This document shows, one piece after another, positions 1-8,909 of a stretch of DNA of 33,167 bases. The position numbers and the translations under genes are program-made. The notes under the pieces are model-generated. The model had not been told where the DNA came from. It saw only the letters and a list, made by a program, of their open reading frames with translations, and made no database searches. The stretch is from sequence record SRR2962707_1034; one strand, given 5' to 3'. The stretch's first letter is position 1. Each line of letters starts with the position of its first letter.

Positions 1-34
1 TTTTGAACACCACTAATTTTAGGGGGGATTACCA
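1..34. mobile_element. Probable terminal inverted repeat of an IS3-family insertion sequence; the rest of the element lies outside the window
   Basis: The minus strand from 34 reads TGGTAATCCCCCCTAAAATTAGTGGTGTTCAAAA. It has a 5'-TG terminus as in IS3-family ends and resembles IS3-type ends I recall from Rhodobacteraceae. It is AT-rich and abruptly replaces coding-like sequence. No transposase or partner IR is visible. Confidence 0.6.
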
Positions 35-497
35 TCACCGGATCGACCGGCAACAGCATCGTGATCTCGACGCTTTCATCGACCGAGACATTGATACAGG
101 CGTGATCCACCGTCGGTTGCTCGGTTGCGTTGTCGACTGAATAGACGTTCCCGTCGTCGTCGAAGAAGCGATAGCCCAAACCGTCAAGCATTCTCAGAAA
201 GTCACCGTCGACCCGGTAGAGACCTGCATTCTTGCCGGTCCATTCCCAGATGCCGCCTGCCTCGTCCAAAGTGGCGGGGCAGAATGGCCCGATGTCGCGC
301 CCCTCGGGCAGGTAGCCAACCGTGATCTGATGGCATTGTGTTTCCGTCCCATCCGAGAGGGTGCAGTCCACGATTTCAGGTGCCTCAAGAAAGGCGGATT
401 GGACGAAAGCAGCGGTATCAGGATGCGCGAAGGCCGGGTTCGCGCCGACAAGGACCACAAGGAGGCTGAGCGGTCCTATGCATGTATTCCGGATCAT
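35..497 (-). pseudogene. 5' part of a secreted YHYH-domain-type protein, interrupted by the IS end (not in the ORF track because it has no stop codon in the window)
   Basis: Manual translation from ATG 497: MIRNTCIGPLSLLVVLVGANPAFA|HPDTAAF...IVDCTLSDGTETQCHQITVGYLPEGRDIGPFCPATLDEAGGIWEW...HACINVSVDESVEITMLLPVDPVM. It has a signal peptide with an AFA cleavage site and an ATGA overlap with the MarR stop. The Cys pattern is recalled from N-termini of YHYH proteins; the YHYH motif itself is not reached. Confidence 0.7.
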
Positions 498-970
498 AGA
501 GGTTCCTTTAAGGTATCTTTAGGTGCCGTCGTGCCTGCGCCGGGCACACGGCCACCAAGGCTGTCGCGCAGATCACGGGTTGTTCGTGCCAGCGTTTCGG
601 CATTTTCTGCCCCCAGTCGTTCGACGATCAGCGCGTCGATGTCGCGCCAAGCAGCGTGAATTTCCGACAAGAGCCCGCGCCCACGCGTCGTCAGGCGCAG
701 GACGTTGCTGCGCGCCTCGTCTGGATGCGGTTCGCGCGAAATAAAGCCCGCCTCTATCAGGCGGACGGTCATCGTGCTCATGCTGGCGGGCGTGATATCG
801 AATTCGCGTGCGAGGCTGACCTGCGAGGCGGGTTCTATCCGCGACAGCGCGTCGATGATGCGGGCCTGTCGGGGGCGGATGCCGATCTTGGTAAGGCGTT
901 CGCGCAACCGCTCTTCCAGAAGGGCGGCCGCGTGCAAAAGGAAGTGCAGGGAAAATGTGTCTGTTGTCAT
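494..970 (-). CDS. MarR-family winged-helix transcriptional regulator
   Basis: Motifs SQVSLAREFDITPASMSTMTVRLIEAGFISREPHPDEARSNVLRLTTRG. Start moved to ATG 970 (158 aa), because the longer ORF-track start overlaps the divergent gene. Confidence 0.93.
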   Translation of the reverse strand: MTTDTFSLHFLLHAAALLEERLRERLTKIGIRPRQARIIDALSRIEPASQVSLAREFDITPASMSTMTVRLIEAGFISREPHPDEARSNVLRLTTRGRGLLSEIHAAWRDIDALIVERLGAENAETLARTTRDLRDSLGGRVPGAGTTAPKDTLKEPL

Positions 971-977
971 GCGAACA

Positions 978-991
978 GTTAGTATGCTAAC
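978..991. promoter_or_regulatory. Palindromic operator candidate for the MarR regulator
   Basis: GTTAGTATGCTAAC (GTTAG-N4-CTAAC) lies 7 nt upstream of the marR ATG in a short divergent intergenic region. A second perfect IR, TGGCAACCGC-N8-GCGGTTGCCA, lies at 1002-1029. Confidence 0.65.
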
Positions 992-1046
992 ATATGCGCC
1001 ATGGCAACCGCCTTTCCATGCGGTTGCCAAAAGCAAGACGAACGAA

Positions 1047-1799
1047 ATGAACCCGATGATCAATTCCGTAAAAGAACCGGAAGCCTCAAATCGGGCGCGG
1101 TTCGTTGATGCCTTCCGCACCTTGCTGCCGACCGTCGCCTTCGTGGCCGTAATCTGGTCGGTATCAAGCTGGGGATACTACGCCCTTGTGAATGCCATCG
1201 CGCTGGATAGCGGCTATGATGATGCGCCGCTCTTGTTTGCCGGATACTATCTTATCTGGACAGTCATCGTTTTGCTGGCATTCCGGCCTGTCTTCAAAGG
1301 TCAGTTGTCGCGGCCGGCACTCTCTGGCCACGCCGTCGCGCTTACGCCTGTTCTGGTTGGCTACGGTCTCTTTGTCGCCGTGGCGCTTCCGCTCTTGCCG
1401 GATGTGTCAGTCTATCGGTCCCCGTCGGACCCGCCGGAATTTATGTTTGCAACGGCTTGGTATTACCTCCCTAAATCGGCCGACATCCTGTTTCAGCAGG
1501 TTCTCGTCGCGACCATGGTCTTGCGGGCGGACCGTGCACGCATGTCGCTTTGGGGGATCTCGATCATGATGGGCGTTCTTTTTGGCGGCTTTCACCTGAC
1601 GCTCTCCCTTGATGGGTTCTTGCTGCCCTACGTGGCAAGGTTCACCATCGCCGCCTCGATCTTCGGGCTCGTGATCCCATGGCTTTATTTGCGCACACGC
1701 CATGGATTTCGCTGGGCCTACGGTCTGCACTGGGGCTTTTACGCGCTGGACGCCGCGCTCACGCATATCCTTCTGGCCGTGCCAAAGTGGGCAATGTGA
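1047..1799 (+). CDS. Multi-pass membrane protein, possibly a divergent CPBP (CAAX protease/Abi) family member
   Basis: About 7 hydrophobic segments. DILFQQ...LFGGFH...GLHWGFY follows the order of CPBP motifs. Start is ATG 1047 or 1056; the ORF-track extension to 705 is antisense to marR. Confidence 0.75.
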   Translation: MNPMINSVKEPEASNRARFVDAFRTLLPTVAFVAVIWSVSSWGYYALVNAIALDSGYDDAPLLFAGYYLIWTVIVLLAFRPVFKGQLSRPALSGHAVALTPVLVGYGLFVAVALPLLPDVSVYRSPSDPPEFMFATAWYYLPKSADILFQQVLVATMVLRADRARMSLWGISIMMGVLFGGFHLTLSLDGFLLPYVARFTIAASIFGLVIPWLYLRTRHGFRWAYGLHWGFYALDAALTHILLAVPKWAM

Positions 1800-1869
1800 T
1801 GGAATTCCTGATGATTGACCCCGCAATTGAAGCGATCTGTAACCGTCAGCGCCCCGCCATTGGAACTGA

Positions 1870-1965
1870 GGCGGCAAACGTCTGCATTCCGCCATTTCTG
1901 CGCGATATGACCGTCAGCTATAGGCTCCGGACCGACGTTCGCTGGACTTGGCTGTAAGGGTTGCG
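1870..1965 (+). repeat. Degenerate dispersed repeat, copy A (AANGNCNGC-type units)
   Basis: Units AACGTCTGCA (1877), ACCGTCAGCT (1910) and AAGGGTTGCG (1956). Shares AAGGGTTGC with 13980-13988. Confidence 0.45.
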
Positions 1966-2112
1966 ACACCAACTTGGGTGAAACCTGCAATGGTATGCTT
2001 GATGTGAATGTTTGTTGGCGGTACTATGTGCGCAATACCCTACGCAGTATTAATCGATAGGGTGACATAGATACGCAAAAAAAGGCGTATCAATATTGGC
2101 AGGTGGCCGGAA

Positions 2113-3246
2113 ATGGCTGAGCGGACGATTTATGTATTCGCCAAGAGCGATGTCGCGATTACCCGTGACTCGGGCGGCGGGCAGCCGGTTGCGGGCGACT
2201 TGATCGGCGCGTCTCTGAATGGTGACGCTTTTAGCTGGCAAAGCCCAACCGATCTTAGCTTCACGTTTTCAGGGTCCATGACCGCAATCACATTCGAAGA
2301 TACCGACGGTATTCTACGTGACGATCCGTTCGCGGATTCGACTGTCACGGATCAATTCTTAACCGAGCCCGTCACGATCAATGGCACGACATATGAGCCA
2401 AGCACCGGAACAGTGAGATGGGACAACCCGCAACCCGTGAATGTCGAAAACGAATACGAAGTCACGCTGTTCGACGACAACGGTACGGTATATCACATGG
2501 TTGGTATCTCGATCACGCAGGGTTACTCGACTGAGGTCGTAGGTGTGGCTTTTAACGGGGCAACACCACCGCCTGGGACCACGCTCCACTACATCCAGAC
2601 CGTGTCGACCTATAGTGCAACAGGGCAAGCCCTGACCGTTCCCGAGGCGACCGTCTGCTTTCTGGCCGGAACCTTGATCGAGACACCTGCCGGGCCTCTC
2701 CCGATTGAAGGCTTAAAGGCAGGTATGGAGGTTTTGACCCTGAGCGGCACCGCAAGGCCGATCCGTTGGATCGGTCAAAGTTCGGTATGCGGTCTGGGTA
2801 AATTGGCACCGATTTGCATCAAGTCCGGTGTTCTGGGCAATACACGTGATCTTTACATGTCTCCCAACCACCGGGTCTTGGTGAGATCAAGCAAGGCCGA
2901 GCTAAGCTTTGGGCAATGCGATGTATTGGTGCCGGCCAAAGCCTTTGTCGATGGCGTGAATGTCGTGCGCGTGCCCATGCCCAAGGCCAGCTATCTGCAC
3001 ATATTGCTTGATGAACACGACATGGTTTTCTCGGAAGGTATCGCCACCGAAAGCCTGTTCAGTGGCTCGGTGACAGTGGGTGTTTTGGCCGCAGACGCCT
3101 TGGCCGAATTGGAAGAAATATTTCCGCATTTCCAACACTCACAACAACGGTCCAGCCACTTGGCTCTGACCATGTCAGAGGCGCGGTACCTAATAGATAG
3201 CGGCTCACATAGCGATGTACATTCGGTCGAACTGTGTGCGGCTTGA
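2113..3246 (+). CDS. Hint (Hedgehog/intein-like, Hint_2-type) domain protein with an N-terminal passenger region
   Basis: V|CFLAGTLIETPAG..IEGLKAG.EVLT, RPIRWIG, SPNHRVL and YLHILLDEHDMVFSEGIATES are typical Rhodobacteraceae Hint motifs. Confidence 0.92.
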   Translation: MAERTIYVFAKSDVAITRDSGGGQPVAGDLIGASLNGDAFSWQSPTDLSFTFSGSMTAITFEDTDGILRDDPFADSTVTDQFLTEPVTINGTTYEPSTGTVRWDNPQPVNVENEYEVTLFDDNGTVYHMVGISITQGYSTEVVGVAFNGATPPPGTTLHYIQTVSTYSATGQALTVPEATVCFLAGTLIETPAGPLPIEGLKAGMEVLTLSGTARPIRWIGQSSVCGLGKLAPICIKSGVLGNTRDLYMSPNHRVLVRSSKAELSFGQCDVLVPAKAFVDGVNVVRVPMPKASYLHILLDEHDMVFSEGIATESLFSGSVTVGVLAADALAELEEIFPHFQHSQQRSSHLALTMSEARYLIDSGSHSDVHSVELCAA

Positions 3247-3463
3247 TCTGAATGTCTAGCGGCGCGTTGACAATACAGGTGCACGCCGCACTCCAGCTGC
3301 CGTAGATACGTTTCTGCGTAATGGATACAACGGACAGGTCAAGGTCCGTCGCCTTACGTGAGCGCCGAAACTGAGAGCGCTTCATGCGTTCAAAATACAC
3401 CGCAAAACGATCAAATTGCATGTTGTGCGACAGGGCTATCTGTCGCCAGCCTAAGCATCCAAA

Positions 3464-4345
3464 CTAGCCGGGCACCTCGCCAATCAGCCAATGGCGAAAT
3501 GCTTTGATCTCATCGCGGCCCGCGGCTGTGTCACGCATCACGAGGTAGTAGGCCTCGCGGATCGGCAGGCGGTATTCGAAAATCGACATCAAATCCCCAC
3601 GGTCCACAAATGGCTGGGAAAAGCTTTCGTGGATCAGCGCGGTTCCGAACCCGGCCGCGATTGTCTGCAGTGCAATCAGCGAAGAATCTGCCGTGAGCCA
3701 AATTGGCGGTTCGGGAATTTCCAGATCGTAAAGCTCAGACAGCCGCCGCCATTCGACCTCGGAGCCGAGTACTGGCACGATCCCTGCTGCCAGCACTTTT
3801 TGAATGCGTGGCTCTGGACCGAAAGACCGCGCATGATCGGGGTGACAAACAACGGTGGCAACCTCTTCACCCAGTTTCCAGATTTCGGGCTCGTCCCAGT
3901 GGCCGGTTCCATAGCGGATGTCGATATCGATCGCTTCGTTTTCCATCCGGTCGGACCACACGGCCGTCGACAGGGAAATCTCGATATCGGGATGGAGATC
4001 GTGAAAGGCTTTTAGCCGAGGGGCGAGGACAAGTGTCGCATAGCTGATCGAGGCCCGTATCCGGACCTTTCGCTTGCGGCGTACCGTAAAAAGACCCTCG
4101 GTTGCGTCCTGCATCTCGGAGAAAGATTTCCGCACGGGCAATGCGTAAGCCTGCCCCATGTCGGTCAGTTCGACACCGCGCGGGAGGCGGCGAAACAACA
4201 GTGTATCCAAATGCTGTTCCAATAGGCGGATCTGCTGGCTGACGGCTGCCGGTGTCAGGTTCAGTTCGAATGCAGCATCGGAAAAACTGCTGTGGCGCGC
4301 TGCAGCCTCAAAGGCTCTCAGCCATGTTACATGGGGCAGTCGCAT
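3464..4345 (-). CDS. LysR-family transcriptional regulator (GcvA-like)
   Basis: MRLPHVTWLRAFEAAARHSSFSDAAFELNLTPAAVSQQIRLLE..L...LFRR HTH, plus DIDIRYG. Start at ATG 4345. Divergent from the GMC operon. Confidence 0.95.
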   Translation of the reverse strand: MRLPHVTWLRAFEAAARHSSFSDAAFELNLTPAAVSQQIRLLEQHLDTLLFRRLPRGVELTDMGQAYALPVRKSFSEMQDATEGLFTVRRKRKVRIRASISYATLVLAPRLKAFHDLHPDIEISLSTAVWSDRMENEAIDIDIRYGTGHWDEPEIWKLGEEVATVVCHPDHARSFGPEPRIQKVLAAGIVPVLGSEVEWRRLSELYDLEIPEPPIWLTADSSLIALQTIAAGFGTALIHESFSQPFVDRGDLMSIFEYRLPIREAYYLVMRDTAAGRDEIKAFRHWLIGEVPG

Positions 4346-4526
4346 AGGACACCTCTGGCTTGCGCGTGCCGAACATCGACACCCATTGTCTGACATATTC
4401 CAAAAGCAGCACAGAGGTGAAGCGCGAAACCGTCAAAATGAACGGACCCAATGACGCCAAAGCGATTGTTTGTCACCGCCGCCCGCCTGCGATCATATCC
4501 ACCACTCACGAGGAGGATAGCGCAAT

Positions 4527-6185
4527 ATGGTTGATGCTTCATATGATTACATTGTCGTAGGGGCCGGATCGGCTGGTTGCGCGCTTGTCGAGCGGTTGAC
4601 CCGGGACGGAAAAATGCGCGTGCTGCTGCTCGAGGCTGGTGGTTCTGACCGTCGGTTCTGGATCAAAGTGCCTATCGGTTATGGCGTCAACTTTACCAAC
4701 CCGCGCCTGAACTGGAGCTATCACGCCGAGCCGGATGCCGCGTTGGACGGGCGCAGCATGTATTGGCCGCGTGGCAAAGTCATCGGCGGATCAAGCTCGA
4801 TCAATGCGATGGCCTATATGCGTGGGCTGCCGCATGATTTTGATGATTGGGAAAGCGCCGGGGCAAAGGGTTGGTCGTGGGCCTCTGTTCTTCCGGCCTA
4901 TCAGCGGATGGAGCGGCATCTGGAACGCGGCCCTGACGGAAAACGCCAAGAGCGGGGCGACGGGTTGCTGAGTATCAGTGACCTGAGCGACCAGATGAAC
5001 CCCTTTTCGGCGCGTTTTTTGGCCGCCGCGCAGGATTGTGGCTGGGCCAGTTGCCAGGACCTTAGCGCGGTAACGGAGGAGGCTGTCGGGTATTACCGCA
5101 GCACGGTGCGCAACGGTTTGCGCTGTTCGGCGGCGGATGCATTTCTGGCACCTGCGCGCCGGCGCGACACGCTGCGGGTGGTGACAAATGCAGTGGTCGA
5201 AAAAGTGACGTTTGATGGTAAACGGGCGACGGGGCTGCGGTACCGTGTGGGTGATCAGAGTTTCGATGTCGCCGCCGGACGCGAGGTGATCCTGAGCGCA
5301 GGGGCGGTCAATTCGCCCAAGTTGCTGCAACTCTCTGGCGTGGCTTCCGCAGGCTTGTTGCGCGGGCTTGGCATTGCGGTCCATCACGATCTGCCTGAGG
5401 TCGGGCAGGGGCTTCAGGACCATCTGGCCATTTCCCATCTCTTTCGCGCGACGGCACCGACGTTGAATAATACCCTTGGGCGTTTCCTTCCACGGATGTT
5501 GGCGGGCTTACGCTATGTTGCGACGCGGCGGGGGCCGCTGGCTGTGCCTGTAAACCAAGTGGGGGGCTACGTCAGAAGCCGGCCTGAATACGCGCGGCCA
5601 GATATGCAAATCTATTGCAACCCTCTGTCCTATCAAAGCGGGGCAGATGGCAAACCGGTTCCGGACCACGCGCCGGGCTATTTGCTGAGCGCACAGCTGT
5701 GCCGGCCGGACAGTCGGGGCGAGATTATGATCAGATCGTCTGATCCGCGGGACGCGCCACTGATCCGCGCGAATTCTCTTGCGACCGAGCATGATCGCGA
5801 CGGTGCCCGCCGCGCCATTGAGGTCATAGACAGGTTGGCCGCGACACCCACACTTTCAACGCGCACCAGCAGGCGCTTGGTGCCCGATCCGGCGATAACG
5901 GATCGCGATGACCTGATGGATGATTTTCGTGCCCGCGCTTCTACCGTTTTTCATCCGACATCCACCTGTCGCATGGGGCGCACGGTGAAAGATTCTGTGC
6001 TGGACGGGCGGTTGCGCGTGCACGGCGTAACTGGTTTGCGCGTCGTCGACAGCTCGGCCTTTCCGGCGGTCACGTCGGGCAACACAAACGCGCCTACAAT
6101 GATGTTGGCCATACGCGCGGCGGAAATGATCCTTGAGGACGCCGTGACCAAGGATAATGAAAGGGTATTGTGCCATGCGAATTGA
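4527..6185 (+). CDS. GMC-family FAD oxidoreductase (choline dehydrogenase-like; substrate unknown)
   Basis: GAGSAG, PRGKVIGGSSSINAM, FHPTSTCRMG and GNTNAP (His/Asn pair). RBS GAGGAGG upstream. Confidence 0.95.
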   Translation: MVDASYDYIVVGAGSAGCALVERLTRDGKMRVLLLEAGGSDRRFWIKVPIGYGVNFTNPRLNWSYHAEPDAALDGRSMYWPRGKVIGGSSSINAMAYMRGLPHDFDDWESAGAKGWSWASVLPAYQRMERHLERGPDGKRQERGDGLLSISDLSDQMNPFSARFLAAAQDCGWASCQDLSAVTEEAVGYYRSTVRNGLRCSAADAFLAPARRRDTLRVVTNAVVEKVTFDGKRATGLRYRVGDQSFDVAAGREVILSAGAVNSPKLLQLSGVASAGLLRGLGIAVHHDLPEVGQGLQDHLAISHLFRATAPTLNNTLGRFLPRMLAGLRYVATRRGPLAVPVNQVGGYVRSRPEYARPDMQIYCNPLSYQSGADGKPVPDHAPGYLLSAQLCRPDSRGEIMIRSSDPRDAPLIRANSLATEHDRDGARRAIEVIDRLAATPTLSTRTSRRLVPDPAITDRDDLMDDFRARASTVFHPTSTCRMGRTVKDSVLDGRLRVHGVTGLRVVDSSAFPAVTSGNTNAPTMMLAIRAAEMILEDAVTKDNERVLCHAN

Positions 6186-7383
6186 AACCATCGAAACCTT
6201 TGTTTTCGGCAATCCCCCTCCACGCCATGGCGGCGGGTATTTTATCTTTGTCCGCCTCACGACGGCCTGCGGCATTACGGGCGTGGGCGAAATTTACAAC
6301 GCTACCTTTGGCCCCGATCTGGTCACCGCGATGGCCCAAGACATGTTTCAACGGCAGTTCGAGGGGGCGGACCCGCACCACATCGAACGTCTTTGGCGGC
6401 AAAGCTATGGCGCGGGCTTTACCCAGCGGCCGGACGTGACGGTGATGGGCGTGCTGAGCGGGCTGGAAATGGCGTGCTGGGACATCATCGGCAAGGCGGC
6501 GGATCAACCGGTCCATCAATTGCTTGGCGGCAAAGTGCACGACCGTCTGCGCAGCTATACCTATCTTTATCCGCCTGACGGCGACGTTTATCCTGAACCG
6601 GGTGCCCTCAGCGTATATGACGATCCCGATCTGGCCGCCGAGGTTGCTGTTCAGATGGTCGACAAGGGTTTCACAGCCGTGAAGTTCGACCCCGCCGGCC
6701 CGTTTTCGGTCTATGATGGTCACCAACCCCGGCTTGCGGATATCGCGCTCTCCGAAATGTTCTGCAAACGCATTCGCGAGGCTGTCGGCGACAGAGCGGA
6801 CCTGTTGTTCGGCACACACGGGCAATTTACCGTATCAGGTGCAAAGCGGCTGGCACGGCGGCTGGAGGCGTACGACCCCCTTTGGTTCGAGGAACCGACC
6901 ACGCCTGAAAATCCCGCAGACATGGCCGAGATCGCGCGCTTTACGTCGATCCCTGTCGCAGCGGGGGAACGGCTGTGCACCAAGCACGAATTTGCGCGCG
7001 TGTTGGAGGCAGGGGCCGCTTCGATCCTGCAACTGAACCTTGGTCGCGTCGGGGGGCTGCTGGAAGCCAAGAAGATTGCCGGGATGGCCGAAACCCGACA
7101 GGCGCAAATTGCACCGCATTTGTATTGCGGCCCCGTGGTCGCGGCTGCGAACATCCAGATCGCGGCCTGTAGCCCGAATTTCCTGATCCTCGAGAGTATC
7201 GGAACCTTTGATGGCCCGTATATGTCGTGCCTAAAGACCGACATCACATGGGACGATGGTTATGTCATTCCATCCACCGCGCCGGGCCTTGGCGTGGAAC
7301 TGGACGATGCAGCCATCGCCGCGTCACCCTATACTGGCACTGAGCTGCATCTGACGATGGCGCAACAACCCGTAAACCCCTGA
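6175..7383 (+). CDS. Mandelate racemase/muconate lactonizing enzyme (enolase superfamily) protein
   Basis: GITGVGE, SGLEMACWDIIGK..QPVHQLLGG, KFD, WFEEP, AAGER, APH, PGLGVE. Start MRIETIETF at 6175 overlaps the GMC stop. Confidence 0.94.
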   Translation: MRIETIETFVFGNPPPRHGGGYFIFVRLTTACGITGVGEIYNATFGPDLVTAMAQDMFQRQFEGADPHHIERLWRQSYGAGFTQRPDVTVMGVLSGLEMACWDIIGKAADQPVHQLLGGKVHDRLRSYTYLYPPDGDVYPEPGALSVYDDPDLAAEVAVQMVDKGFTAVKFDPAGPFSVYDGHQPRLADIALSEMFCKRIREAVGDRADLLFGTHGQFTVSGAKRLARRLEAYDPLWFEEPTTPENPADMAEIARFTSIPVAAGERLCTKHEFARVLEAGAASILQLNLGRVGGLLEAKKIAGMAETRQAQIAPHLYCGPVVAAANIQIAACSPNFLILESIGTFDGPYMSCLKTDITWDDGYVIPSTAPGLGVELDDAAIAASPYTGTELHLTMAQQPVNP

Positions 7384-7401
7384 CAAACATAGAGGACCAA
7401 C

Positions 7402-8832
7402 ATGCAAACGCTTGATACATTCTATATCGGCGGCGAATGGGTCGCCCCTGAAGGCACAGCGACCATGCCGATCAAGAACCCTGCCAACAACACCCAGATT
7501 GGCATCTTGACCCTTGGCAGTACGGTCGATGTGGACCGTGCCGTCGCCGCTGCAAAAACCGCTTTCGAAACATTCTGGCGCACGACCAAGGCAGAACGCC
7601 TTGCGCTGCTGCGCAAGCTGCTTGAGATAACCAAGCGCCGTCAAGGCGATCTGGCCCGGGCGATAACCGCCGAGATGGGCGCGCCCGCAAGCATGGCACA
7701 TGACGTACAGGCCGAAAGCGGGGTCGGGCATCTGGTGTCCTTCATCGAAGCACTTGAGGAAATGGTAGAGGAAGAGGAACTGCCCAACGGCGATATCCTG
7801 AACCGAGAACCTATCGGTGTGGTCGGAATGATCACGCCTTGGAACTGGCCGATCAACCAGATCGCGCTGAAGGTCATCCCTGCATTGGCCACGGGTGCCA
7901 CTTGCGTGCTCAAGCCGTCAGAACACACGCCGCTTTCGGCCAATATCTATGCCGAGATTGTACACGAGGCGGGGTATCCTGCGGGCGTGTTCAATCTTGT
8001 CCACGGTGACGGCCCGACCGTCGGTGCCGCGATATCGTCGCATCCCGATGTTGCGATGGTGTCCTTCACCGGATCGACCCGCGCGGGTGTCGAAGTGTCC
8101 CGCGCCGCCGCCCCGGGTATCAAGCGCGTGACGCTGGAACTGGGTGGCAAATCCCCCAACCTTGTCTTTGCCGATTGCGACCTTGAAAAGCGTATCGCGG
8201 AAAGCGTGGCAGAGTGTTTCGACAATACTGGCCAGTCCTGCAATGCGCCGACGCGGATGCTGGTTGAACGGTCCTGCTATGATCGCGCGCTGGAATTGGC
8301 CAAGGCTGCAGCGCAGGCGCAAAAGGTTGATGATCCGGGCAAACAGGGCGACCATATCGGGCCGCTCTTTGATGAAATCCAATATGATCGCGTCCAGACG
8401 ATGATCCAGACAGGGATCGACGAAGGGGCAACTTTGCTGGCAGGCGGCCTTGGCAAGCCCGAAGGCTTGGAACAGGGCTGGTATGTGCGTCCAACTGTCT
8501 TTGCCGACGTGAACAACAACATGGCAATCGCGCGGGAGGAAATCTTTGGCCCGGTTCTGGTGATGATCCCCTTTGATACCGAAGACGAGGCCATCGCCAT
8601 CGCGAATGATACTGAATACGGCCTAGCCGCCTTTGTGCAGACGGGCAGCGAGGAACGTGCAGACCGGGTGGCCCGCCGTTTGCGCGCGGGCGTTATAGCT
8701 GTGAACGGGCGCGCAACGGACTACGGATCGCCATTCGGGGGCTACAAGAAATCTGGCAACGGTCGCGAAGGCGGCGTTTTCGGTCTGGAAGATTACCAAG
8801 AGATCAAGGTGCGCACGCCCTTCGTGGTGTGA
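7402..8832 (+). CDS. NAD(P)-dependent aldehyde dehydrogenase
   Basis: ITPWNWP, LKPSE, SFTGST, LELGGKSP, GQSCNAP (catalytic Cys), EEIFGP. RBS AGAGGA. Confidence 0.96.
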   Translation: MQTLDTFYIGGEWVAPEGTATMPIKNPANNTQIGILTLGSTVDVDRAVAAAKTAFETFWRTTKAERLALLRKLLEITKRRQGDLARAITAEMGAPASMAHDVQAESGVGHLVSFIEALEEMVEEEELPNGDILNREPIGVVGMITPWNWPINQIALKVIPALATGATCVLKPSEHTPLSANIYAEIVHEAGYPAGVFNLVHGDGPTVGAAISSHPDVAMVSFTGSTRAGVEVSRAAAPGIKRVTLELGGKSPNLVFADCDLEKRIAESVAECFDNTGQSCNAPTRMLVERSCYDRALELAKAAAQAQKVDDPGKQGDHIGPLFDEIQYDRVQTMIQTGIDEGATLLAGGLGKPEGLEQGWYVRPTVFADVNNNMAIAREEIFGPVLVMIPFDTEDEAIAIANDTEYGLAAFVQTGSEERADRVARRLRAGVIAVNGRATDYGSPFGGYKKSGNGREGGVFGLEDYQEIKVRTPFVV

Positions 8833-8861
8833 GAACCGCACGCCTCGTGGCGCACATGTAA

Positions 8862-8892
8862 AAAGCCTGCACCAGAGCATGGTGCAGGCTTT
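8862..8892. terminator. Bidirectional intrinsic terminator between the convergent catabolic operons
   Basis: Perfect 13-bp IR AAAGCCTGCACCA-GAGCA-TGGTGCAGGCTTT. Confidence 0.85.
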
Positions 8893-8909
8893 ATCGTGGG
8901 TCAGCGCAG

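Noticed and set aside
705-1046. N-terminal extension of the membrane-protein ORF (364 aa in the track) and of MarR to 1120
   Set aside because: Each extension is antisense to the other gene and crosses the operator region. The shorter starts give typical proteins.
2650-3060. Self-splicing intein or homing endonuclease
   Set aside because: No terminal His-Asn followed by Cys/Ser/Thr, no endonuclease motifs and no interrupted host protein.
6094-6825. Long antisense or alternate-frame ORFs (also 15225-15935, 15428-16375, 24066-24758, 29902-30600, 30387-31319)
   Set aside because: Shadow ORFs of well-supported genes in GC-rich DNA, with Arg/Pro-rich composition and no motifs.
4527-8832. Calling the GMC and ALDH genes betA and betB
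   Set aside because: Only family-level motifs are seen. There is no betI/betC context and an enolase-family gene intervenes.
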